DNA of 56,676 nt, the filler included, from Sluysia triapertura (lineage: Eukaryota), in assembly GCA_046118255.1 (NCBI GenBank). It is 4 parts of 4 records of this genome, joined end to end, with 100 filler letters (N's around TTAATTAATTAA, not from the genome) between each part and the next. Parts side by side here need not be neighbours in the genome. Positions count along the whole stretch, not along the records: positions 1 to 13,563 come from JBJNIA010032268.1; 3 more parts are not named here. One strand, written 5' to 3'. Made by a program: the position numbers and the translations under genes. Positions 1 through 11,145 of this stretch are shown here, piece after piece. Position 1 is the first letter of the stretch; each line of letters begins with the position of its first letter. Under the pieces are notes generated by a model. It was not told where the DNA came from and made no database searches. It saw only the letters and a program-made list of their open reading frames with translations.

Positions 1-516
1 GATCATTTTTATTTCTTTTATTTTTATAAATATGTCAGAAAGTTTAAGATTTCGACAGAAAAAGATCATGTGAAAAGGTTTTGTAAAGATTTATGTGAAT
101 TTTACTTAAATAATAATAATAATAACAATATTATCGTTGTTGTCATTGTTATTATTATTATTACTATCATTGTACTATTAAACGTACAAATTAATTTAAA
201 TTATTTTAATTAAAACTTTAAATCAGTTACCACCGTCATCATTACCGTTAGTGCTTGTTAAAATTGTCACCAAAATGACACCAATGATGACGTTGGTTGT
301 TTTGTCATTAACAATTAGATTCAATTTTGTCATCACCCAATCAGAGTGCATTCAGTTCTGATCATTTTTTAAACACTCTGATTGGGCAACCTAAAAGAGA
401 CGTAATCACAATTAGTAATTCACATTTTAAGAAATTTTTATGAGTCACAATTAAAATCTTATTCAGACAATAAAATTTTTTACGTTAAATTAAGAGAAAA
501 TTTAAAAAAGCAATTC

Positions 517-1242
517 ATGCAAGCAGTGAAAATCCCAGACAAAAGAATTATTTTCAAAATGTTAATGCCTCATTATACCGTCTTCAATAAAAACGAATAT
601 ACAAGTCGTATTATTTCAATTAGATCAAGAATTATCATTATCTGCGTATCATTAAATAAAAATGAAATCCATGAAACCTTGATAAGTAAAATGTTGATGC
701 CTCATTATACCGTGTTCAACAAAAACGAATATACAAGTCGTATTAATTCAATTAGATCAAGAACCATCGTTATCTATGTATCATTAAATGCAAACGAAAT
801 CTATGAAACCTCGATAAGTAAGATGTTAATACATCACACTACGCTGAATAAGAATAAATGTACGAGTGGTATCGACACTATTAGATCAAGAATTATCATT
901 ATCCGTATATCAGTAGATGAGAACAGAATCTATGAAATTCTATTAAGTAAAATACTTATATCTTTTGTCAATTCGATAAACAAAATTGAACTAAATGATA
1001 GGAAACAAAAGAAAGTTCTCGATGTAATGAACTTCTTGCCAAATACACTTCAATTTTCGAAGTTTGAATCTATTCTACTACGTTTTCAACGAGTCTATCT
1101 AAAGAATATGACGTTAAGTAACCGAGACACACAGTGTTGTATTCATGTGTGGTTGATATTCATCGATGCTCGTGAACAGAAGTTACTAAATCACAATAAG
1201 TCAGTTTTTTTATTATTACTCCAATTTTATAAATTTAATTGA
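517..1242 (+). CDS. Hypothetical 44-aa-repeat protein (weakly LRR-like)
   Basis: 241-codon open frame. Many differences between repeat units are synonymous in this frame (TTA/TTG, GTC/GTG, AAT/AAC, AAA/AAG). No family recognised. Confidence 0.3.
   Translation: MQAVKIPDKRIIFKMLMPHYTVFNKNEYTSRIISIRSRIIIICVSLNKNEIHETLISKMLMPHYTVFNKNEYTSRINSIRSRTIVIYVSLNANEIYETSISKMLIHHTTLNKNKCTSGIDTIRSRIIIIRISVDENRIYEILLSKILISFVNSINKIELNDRKQKKVLDVMNFLPNTLQFSKFESILLRFQRVYLKNMTLSNRDTQCCIHVWLIFIDAREQKLLNHNKSVFLLLLQFYKFN
559..951 (+). repeat. Three tandem ~132-bp (44-codon) units inside ORF 517..1242
   Basis: Units start at 559, 691 and 823 (atgttaatgcctcattatacc / atgttgatgcctcattatacc / atgttaatacatcac). Unit 3 is one codon shorter. 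Confidence 0.9.
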
Positions 1243-2667
1243 TCTTTTTACAGATCACAAAGTGTCATCCTGGATTCAAGCAATGCAACGGCTACAGCAG
1301 TGGAATAAGGAAAAATTTGAATACAACATCCTGATTAATGTAAAATTCAGAAGCATGACTCTAAATGTTCTTTTTTGCAAAATTTCAATAATACATAATT
1401 TATGTTATATTTTAATAAATTTTTTAACAAACAGTAAATTACATAAATCGTTACTTAGGATCTTTATATTTTATAGTATTACAATATACCAAATTTTAGA
1501 ATTATTTACCATTGAATCTAATTCTCTAGACTTGAAATTAAATAAAGCTATTATATGTGTACTCAAAATTAATTTAAACTCTGACATAATTGAATTTATT
1601 ATAAAATTTATATTAAATTACATAAGTATATTCAACACATCGAATTCAAGTTTTTATAATCGTAATTATAGGCCCTCGAAGAGCGATAAAATGTTCAAAC
1701 TACAAAAATTGACCATTAATTTGTTAAAAAATTTTTCTTTTACATCAAGCAACCCCATAAAATAACTTCTTTAAGTTTTAAGGTTTATTTTAATTTTTCT
1801 CATTCATCATCAGATTACTTAGTCATCAACAAAATTGTCATTTTTGTTATTGTTCTCAATGAAGTAATGACTATATGTGACACTTTCGTTCGAATATAGT
1901 TAGTTCTTTTGTCGTTAGAATTGAATTAAGCTATGTTTCTAGACTTGGCATATAGTTGATTTTTGCAGCCGATTATAATTTGATGTGACATCAATTTGTA
2001 ACTTTTAAAGTTACACAATATGCTTTACTGCATTTACTAAGGAGCAATATGTATTTTGTTTATCTTGTTTATTTTACCTTATCTTGAATTTCGTCATGCA
2101 TTGATCATACATAGATTTAACCCACAAATCATTTTAAATCTTTTTATGTAATACATTTAAATTAACATTACTACATTATAAAAAGAAATTATCGATCACC
2201 AGCCATTGTTTCAGTCTTACAACTAAATTTTCACGACAGTTTTGCTCTTCTTCACATTGTAATTGATAGATACGAATTTTACTAAGAATTAAAACAATTT
2301 GTTAGATACAATATTGTACAGATAAACAAACTATTTTTTCCAAAAAAACTACTAGATTACTTGATCAATTTCTTTTCCATAAGACAAAATTGTATACTGT
2401 TGAATCCTTTTTAACATAACAAAAATTATATTAAAGTTTTAAAATTTAAATTCAATTTTGTTGAAGTTTTAGTACACTTATTTCAGTTATATTCTACATA
2501 TCTCTAAAAATACGTGCTCCATTTCGAAAAAACTAAAGACATCATGGTTATTTAAAGCCAATAACTTATCATTTTAAACCAGAAAATGATAAAAAGGTGA
2601 CTGGATTTGACTTTTATGACTGTTTTACTAAATTATTCAAAAATGTTAGCTAAGAAAGATTTTTTAA

Positions 2668-2862
2668 TTATAAGTACGCTATTTCGTAGCCACACAAATT
2701 GTTATAATGTAATTCTTGCAATATTTTAAAGGCCTTCTTTAGGTGTTCAAGTTTTATTATTTCATTTTTATTTACAAATTTTACCGAATTAAGGCCGCGT
2801 GCAACTATTAAATTACAATTATTTTTTACGCTTAAGGTGTATGAAAACAGGAACAAAGAATC
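2668..2862 (-). CDS. Putative terminal exon, resembles the MPP8 C-terminal domain
   Basis: tgttag acceptor, then DSLFLFSYTLSVKNNCNLIV...NLCGYEIAYL*. Reminiscent of the human MPP8 end (DSHFVYSFSP...LLIGAYRVQL, recalled from memory). Same strand as the chromodomain exon. Confidence 0.3.
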   Translation of the reverse strand, partial: DSLFLFSYTLSVKNNCNLIVARGLNSVKFVNKNEIIKLEHLKKAFKILQELHYNNLCGYEIAYL

Positions 2863-5308
2863 CTAACATATAACATGAATGAAATTTTTATTGCACAACA
2901 TAAAATGGTTAAAACCATGTTCACATATTCTCCAATGTTGCATAACGAATTGCAGAACCATGTCTTATTAATGTAGTGTCTTATTTTGTATCACACAGAT
3001 AAAAACATCATCAGTACCAGTAGAAAAAGTACGGCTACTAGAAGTTACAGGTAAACGATTTATATTAAATTCGTGATCCTCAAATGATATTTTTCAAAAA
3101 CGTCATTTCCACCGGTGACTACAACATCTAGAAAATAATAGGTTTATTTTTAAGTGTTTCTTTACATGCAAATAATTAATCAATTCAAGTTTGTTAGTTG
3201 TTAGCAAGTCATGGTGATCAACTTTCAAATTTCAAACTTTATTTGATTATTCGGAAAAACGTTTTATACATTTTAATTGTCGTTTAAATAATTTATGGTT
3301 TCGAGATAAAACATAAACAAGCAAACAATCATTAAATTGTCATAGCAAAAAGAAATTGATCTAAATTTATGAGATTTTAACAAATGTATAATCGACCGCA
3401 GTTAATAATTTTACTTTTTGTTTTGACTCAGTTTGCTGTAACTATAACTAAATAACGAGTATATCATTAATTTTATCATTTAGTTGTTTAGAGTATTCCC
3501 ATGGATATTTAAAATCATTCGTTCATAGAATTCATTTGTTCATTAATTTGTACAAAAATTTATCGATATATAAAATAAAATTTTTTAAATCAGTTATAAT
3601 ATTTTATTTACATAATTTCGGATTCTATTTTGCCTTTATTCACAAAAATTTCTTCAATGTATAGTTAATATCTCTGAAATTTTTATCAAAGTTTTATAGC
3701 AATTATTAAAATCCAACATTTTACACTCAAATGCATTTGTTTGATTTCGATTTTAAGTTTGTAAATTTTTATTTGACTCATTATTAATGCGATTAGGTGG
3801 TAAGTTCTTATTTTTCTTACAAAAAATTATAAATTTTATTGTTGCTACTATGAATTCATCTGTATATTACGTCATAAAGAGGATGTAATTATAGAAATTT
3901 TTCTTCGACAAGTAAAGTTTTCCTAATTTACTATTTGATATGCAGTGAATTGTCAAATACATTTCTAATGCTGATAAACTGAATTCTATAATTTTTAACT
4001 ATTCAGTACTAAGATGTATTTTTATTAAATTTCTTAGTTAATATGCTAACGGCTACTATTTAAACCCTACTTTAGACGTTACAAATATCTTTTAACTTTC
4101 TTGAAATTATTAAGTGAATTAACAATTATTTCTAAAATCTCTGTTAAGAAATTAAATTAATAAATTATTCAAGAGTTTTCTCTAAGTTGTCAAATTATCA
4201 AAGCACACAAAAGAAAATGATCACAAAGACTTTATTAACAAATAATAAACAAATGTCCAAAAAACAGATATATAACAAAATATAATAATAAAAAATAGAC
4301 GATTTTACTTTCTCTATTTTTTAGAACTTGGTAATTTTAAAAAACATTTTAACCAAGTGTAATACTTGGTTTTTGTTAATCTTTTACAATATTTTAGGTC
4401 AGATTTTAACGCTAAGTGAATCAAAGCGCAAACTTAAATAATCATCAACTTACGTTCACAATAGAAAAAAATCAATCGAATATAATTGAAAAAATCCTTT
4501 CGAGTAAGCAATGCCAAAAATGGATCTATTTGAAAGAACTTTCTGAATTGAACCACGATGTAATTGAATCTCGAATTAGCAAATCTTCTTGAACCAATCG
4601 TATCAATATGAATTTTGTATTGAAAATCTTTTGATAGTTCTGCGACATTATGAAATTTTTAATTAATTTAAGAACTTTCTTTTGTGAACATTTTAAAGTT
4701 ATTTTTTTGCTTATATACTTCTTATAAACATATACTACCATGACTAAAGAATTTTTATTATTTTGTGTCGATAATTTGACAATAATTTTATTTATTTTAT
4801 TACTTTTTAGACATTAATAAACAATTAAATAATACTAATTATATGATTAAATAATACTAATTATTTTTTAGAGTTTCTTATAAAGTTTCTAAATAAAAAC
4901 GGTTAAATAGTAAATTAATAAATAAACGTTAAAAGAGTAAAATAGTTAGAATAATAAATAATGAACTAAAAACTAAAATTATTATTTACATTATTTATAT
5001 TACAAAATTAGCAAATTATGTACATTTTAAAAATAATTTTATATACATTACACATTATTTTCTTTTAATTTTACAGATTAATCAAGATGGATTATTAATT
5101 TGATTAATCAATTCCTTTTTTATTTTTTCAGATTTTTGTAAGTATAAATAAATTAATGTATTCATCAATATTTGAACCAGTTTCACTATCATTTAATACA
5201 ATGTTTGTGAGATAATGGTTCAAGAGACCTTTATTTTCATCATTATTAAGATTATTTTGATTTTAATCACAAAACCATGAAAGAATTATAGTAATGAGAA
5301 TAACAACC

Positions 5309-5310
<2 letters not shown>

Positions 5311-5390
<80 letters not shown>
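5311..5390. repeat. (AAT)n immediately followed by (ATT)n: palindromic microsatellite
   Basis: Directly visible. The two halves are reverse complements. Confidence 0.95.
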
Positions 5391-5635
5391 CTTTCGATAT
5401 CGATTAGTTGAAACTCATCACGAGAGAATGAATGTGGTTAGAATTATATTTAATAAGTTGACTTAGTATCACTTAGAGTCATTATTTATTGACTTTTATA
5501 GTACACATAATAATTTTGTTCTTTATTCACATTTGAAACTGTGTATATTAAGAAAAACAAAATGATTTGGAACGCACAAAATAACCTCGACATCTTTACT
5601 TGTTTAATCATACATTACTTTATTTTTGTTAGGTA

Positions 5636-5729
5636 TGCTTCAAAATCATAAGGAACATTTCAGCAACTTTAAAGGTTGCTTCAAAATCATAAGGAACTTT
5701 TCAGCAACTTTAAAGGTTGCTTCAAAATC
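5636..5729. repeat. 41-bp tandem repeat, 2.3 copies
   Basis: tgcttcaaaatcataaggaac(a/t)tttcagcaactttaaaggt at 5636 and 5677, plus a partial copy at 5718. Confidence 0.9.
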
Positions 5730-6402
5730 TTAAAAAAATAAATATTATTATAGTCATTAAGGTTTAAAGCCCTCCTAATAAACAAATATTGTTATGAATT
5801 AACATATTTGGGTAGTGCACATCCTAAGTATTTTATTTATATAGCTTTATAGTATTAATATTGCCATTTATAGGAATATATAAGTGGTATTGGTTTGCTC
5901 ACATTATTTAATAAAATGTTAATGTAGTCAATGACTCATCGATACAATTTTTATAGGCAAGTAAAAGTGAGAAAAACTTCGACACATAAAGTAATAAACT
6001 TAACTTAACATACAACACAAACTTTAAATTGAAAATTCCAGTATTAATAAGTAAATCGAGTCAAGAATATAAATGATTAAGAATATACAGCCATTGAATT
6101 TAATTCCTCTCAGAATTTAGATGTGGCAAAAAGCCCAAAAGAAATCAATAAAATTAATTAAGTTATTATTAGATTCACATTTTACAGGAGAATACGTAAA
6201 ACAAAATCTATATAAAAACCACATAATTGGAAAAAATTAAATTTCCAATACCTCACAAAGAAGCTTTCTTGCCCATTTAAAAGTAACTATAAATAACTAA
6301 ACCAATTTTAGCGAATCAACCAAAATTGTAGTTTCGATATTAGGGAATGCAGTTTATAGTGCAATAAATATGATTTTAAAAATATTATAACACAAAAATT
6401 AC

Positions 6403-6684
6403 GGATGAATCTTCTAATATTTTGACTGGTTTAGTTTGTGTAGTAACTGAATTGCGAATACAGTCGTCAGTAAACGTTGATTGAGATTGGTATGACGATT
6501 TTGTCACAGGAGATGTCTGCACAGCAACAGTTACGTCATCATCGGTGATTTCTCCATCATCATGATAAGGAGTGGTAGTTGATTGTGTCGTCGTAGAATG
6601 TGAACATAAGCTGTAATTGAAAAGGTTTATTTCATCGGTGCAGATACTGTAATCAGTCACCTTATCTAATTTTCTAGTGCCATT
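6403..6684 (-). CDS. Internal exon, Ser/Thr-rich, probably of the chromodomain gene; TQT-like motifs
   Basis: aatcag acceptor and gtaatt donor. Phase 0 at both ends, compatible with the phase-0 donor of the chromodomain exon. Open frame NGTRKLDKVTDYS...VAVQTSP...SVTTQTKP...EDSS. Confidence 0.5.
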
Positions 6685-6799
6685 CTGATTGTGAAAATTA
6701 AAATTTTTAATTTAATAACAAAATAAGTTTAAAAAAATCAAGATTCTGATCAAAATTTTCTAAATTAATTATCATCTTAATTAAATAATAATAATGATA

Positions 6800-7380
6800 A
6801 AAATATAATATAATCATAATTATAATTATAATAAATAATATATAATTTTATTTTGCGATGGCGACTGCAAAATAAGTACGCAAAGCGCTTAAAAGATATT
6901 ATTCACTATAATATTTCTAAAACAGGAAGAACTTTGCCTTTCTTAAATATCTACAAGTAATTTAACAATCTCTAGTAGCTGTTTGTATATTTTTGAAACA
7001 TAAACTGTATGTAACAGTTTATTATCACTATGGATTCTGTAAAAATTATTATACATTAATGACGTATTCATATTGCTTTCCGAATTTTTTATTATTTCCA
7101 AGAGATATTTAGAACTTTAACAATGTAAGCATCTATAAATTATTGCCATGATTTTGAATTCTATTCTTGCTTTTATAGATAACCAATGTAAATCTTCTTG
7201 CTGATTGATTTATTATTGTAATTTTTGCACTTTTCCACACAGAATTGAGTACAATATGCTGTTGTTAAAATCTGTTTAGATGCTTCTTTATTAATAAATT
7301 TTCGAATAATCGATATTTTATTTAAATGATATCTGCACTTTTTAACACAATTAATCCATATATCAGCCTAATTAATTAAT
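6800..7380 (-). mobile_element. L2/CR1-type LINE 3' fragment with 3' tail
   Basis: Minus strand gives IRKFINKEA...DFNNSILY...DLHWLSIKARIEFKIMAIIYRCLH, the typical L2/CR1 ORF2 C-terminus. It is followed by an aagcgctttgcg...cgcaaaataaattata tail. Confidence 0.75.
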
Positions 7381-7632
7381 CTAAATTAATATTTTCTAAA
7401 TTAAAATGTAACTGTTAAAATAGTCATTTACATTCAATTATCTTTTTATGTGATGCTGCATATTTTTTACATGATACAGCTTTTATTCATATATGAACAA
7501 GTATAAATATAAACATTTAATAAGATTTAATGGCTGATTTACCTTACTCAATAATATGACATGTAATTATTACTTATTATAGCGAATCTAAATTTTTTTA
7601 ATATGATGGTAAAAATTAGTTAGCAATTTTAA

Positions 7633-7851
7633 CCACTTAATGCTCGGGTTATTTTTACATGAATTAAAAACATGAAGTTTTTATTTTTTATTTAAAGAGT
7701 TTAGATAATTTGAAAATTGTTTGTTTCAAAAAGTTTTCGTTTCCTTATCTTGTATAACGCAATCAAGTTAAAACAGCACGCAGTTCTCGGGTTGGCTCGA
7801 TGCCATGCCTGCTCCGCGCACGAACACCGCTCGTTCCAAAGCATGAAGTGG
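7633..7851. mobile_element. piggyBac-type MITE (219 bp)
   Basis: TTAA on both sides (7629-7632, 7852-7855). TIRs CCACTTAATGCT / AGCATGAAGTGG match 11/12. Confidence 0.8.
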
Positions 7852-10398
7852 TTAAGTATAAAATAAGTCACTAAGGTAGAAAAAAATAAAAATTACATCA
7901 ATAACCTTTGCCTTTGTTACTTAATACTATAAATTATTAAGCATAAATTAAAATGATTCGGCAACAACTTCAAATTTTACCACAAAATCAAACACAATAT
8001 TTTGACAGCAGTAACTTGAGTTACTTTTATCAGAATTCATAATTTAATTATACTTTATTTTATTTTTATATTAATTCTACAAACTCTAAATTAATATATT
8101 ATATTCGAAATCAGAATGATAAAACCTAATCTTATTGTTATGTAAGAAAAAATAAATTTGGTTAGATCTTTCAAATAATTAAGAGTTTTAAATGATAATC
8201 TTAAAATAAAACTTTTAAAATAGCTAAATAAAACAAACAGTCGGAAGTCTAGTATATAGTTTCAGAGATACAGCTTTAAAATCAGAAACGAAGAAATATC
8301 TAGAAAACATGCTTTTAACCTAAAAACAAAATATAGAAGAATAAGGATGAGAAAACTACAACTTCAATGGAAGAGTGAAAAAAATATACGACTCTTGCAA
8401 ACGAATACTAGCAGACCGGAAACAAATGCAAATAAACAGATAACCACTAAATGAATATATATAAATATATCATAATATGGTCAAACCAATGCTATAACGA
8501 AAAATTAAATATATATGGAAATTGGACCCACTATTACAAAAATAGATATTTTAAGATCGTTTATATGATTTTAACTTTAGAAAAGATGGACCACATAATT
8601 GAAATTAACTGCGGGGAAATGTTAACAGTAAAAAAATTGTAACAAAAATTCTGAATCATAAATTTTAAAATTTAATTAAAACTTTATAAAGAAACAACTT
8701 GGAAGTTTAAGTATTCTTGTGGTCTAAAGACAGAAGCTTAAAAAATGTGTATAAAAAGTGTGGTGACTAAATACAACTAACAATAGTGATAAATTGGTTT
8801 TATTTTTATGACAATAATAAAATAATTTTTACATTTATGTAGTTAACAATATTAATTTTATTTTTATACAATAAATGAAATAACAATATTTTACGTATAT
8901 GTATTTTTATTTAGATAATTTAATTTTTGTTCATAAAGCAATAAATTTTATTCAAATACAAAAAACTATAGTCTAAAACTTTAAAACAACCACACAAAAA
9001 AGGGAAGAAAACCTTCTTAATCAACAGATAAGACGATAATATTAAAGAAAAAACTATTTGGATTATTTCGAATTTTGATTTTTGGAATTAAGCAGTAAGT
9101 TCTAATTGAAAAAGTCCTTTTTATTCTTTAAGGAAGTAAAAAATCAAACTTAAATTATATAATTCTTTTAGCTAGTTTAAGTCTAGATTTAAAATCTGAA
9201 TAAAATTAAATTTTGTATTACATAAAACAGCCTAATATTTTAATCATTCGGTTACATTTATTTTTGGATAGATAAGGAGCTGTAAAATTCTTTCTTAAAG
9301 TCAAATTCCAAATTGTGCGAACTAAATTATGTTTGTTTCAAAATATTTATCAATCTACATATAAAATCATAAAATTAATATGTATTTGTTAGTTTAAACT
9401 ACATATATTCATAGTCTGTACATATTTGTAATTTTTTTCTATCTAAAACGATTATATAAAAAATGTGTTAATAAACCTTAGACTTTGAAATTTTTTGTTA
9501 TAAGTGAATAAATTTACAATTTGGAAAAGATAGTTTGATAACGAGGTATAGATCCTATCCATTAAAATATTGAATTATATAAAATCATAAAGAAGCATCG
9601 CGAGAATTCACGTAAATCGCATTCTAAAAGTAGACCTACATTAGTTCATATCAGAGAAAAAACTATAAAATAAATTGATCATAGCAAAAAATTGACTAAT
9701 ACATAGAAAAAATTAGCTATATTATTATCAAAACATAAAAAATCACATGTACGCTTTTAACTACATGACATAAATATTTGAGATTGAGTTACAAAAGAAT
9801 TATATTTGATATTAAGTTGGATCACAAGTCTGTTTTACGAAGTTAATTTTTGTAAAAGTATTCCACGAAAATAACTTATGTACGATACCTAAATAAAATT
9901 TAAAGCATTCATCCTAAATTAAATTATACGTGGTCCTATACATATACATATATATATTTATATAATAAACTGTAGATAATTTTTTGATTTACATTAAGTA
10001 CAGTTAATTGCAATCTTGAATAAATTCTAATCTATAAATATTATGCATTTACAGATTTAGTATTCACCTCCACGATTTATTGACTAATAAAAGTTAAAAT
10101 TAAGCGATACTTTGAAATTTAAGAGAAACAAGAAACGACTGCTAATAGATATTTAAGTAGTATTCTACAATATGAAGAATAAAATTCAACTTTAAATAAA
10201 TTTTTGATTTAAAATAAGTTTTTGTAAAATAAATATAATTATTTTTAAGCGTATATATTGTATAGCATAATCCTGAAATCAGACATTTTTATTTTTCTTT
10301 AGTATGCTTTAAAGCCTGCAATAATAGAAAAAAAAGGTATTTTCAAATACTGTGAAAAGCAGTTTTCACATTATATTAAAACAATTCTTTTAATAAAC

Positions 10399-11145
10399 CT
10401 GATTCTGTATTTTGCAACATAATTTTGGATTTGATACCAATTTTTCCAGTTCATCTAATTCTTGATTATCCATGCATTTCTGAGTTTTTATTTTTTGATC
10501 GTGAATGGCATTATCCACTTCATATAATACATCTGATATTTTTGCATTACAATTAGAATAAAATCTTGTATCAGTATTTTTTACCACAGATAATGTTGAA
10601 CTAGAATTTACAATATTCACTTCTGGCAAAATATTATTTGCATCTTTTTGAGGTTCGCTAACTTTTTCACTTAGATTTTCTGTTCTTTTTCTTGTTTTAT
10701 CTCTAGAATAAAGATCATTTTTTGTTAAATCAATTTTTCCATCTCTAATATCATCTAAGTATTTTGTCTTATGTGCAACTAATTCATTACTTGGAACGTA
10801 AACATAACTACCAGTACTTTTTAACCGTTTACCGTTTCCACTAGTATAACTTTCACTTTCAGAAGACCGAAGATAATAATCAACTAAATCCAATACATTA
10901 GATAAATTTTCTTCTGGTTCCCAACTGTCCTCCTCCTCAGTATAATCATGCCACCTAACTTTATAAAAATTTTTGTTTCCCGATGATTTATGGCCAACAA
11001 TTTTATCAACAATAAAATAATTATTTTCATGAATATTGTTCTTCCGCACTTTATGCGATTTTAAAGAACCATTTTTACTATCAGGACTACAACTTTTCAC
11101 GCTACTATTATCATGATTATAAAAGGATTTATTTCTTCGCTTCAT
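10399..11145 (-). CDS. Chromodomain protein, first coding exon (MPP8/CDY/HP1-like chromodomain)
   Basis: FIVDKIVGHKSSGNKNFYKVRWHDYTEEEDSWEPEENL has the aromatic-cage residues (F, W, Y) and WEPE motif. The ORF ends just after a CAG|gtttat donor, so the gene most likely continues by splicing. Confidence 0.85.

Noticed and set aside
1262-1765. 167-aa ORF
   Set aside because: Non-ATG start, I/N/K/F-rich composition typical of chance ORFs in AT-rich DNA, no motif.
5132-5137. 6-nt microexon ttttcag|ATTTTT|gtaagt
   Set aside because: No plus-strand host gene identified, and such matches arise by chance in AT-rich DNA.
5636-5729. CRISPR-like array
   Set aside because: Eukaryotic context, head-to-tail repeats with no unique spacers, and no cas genes.
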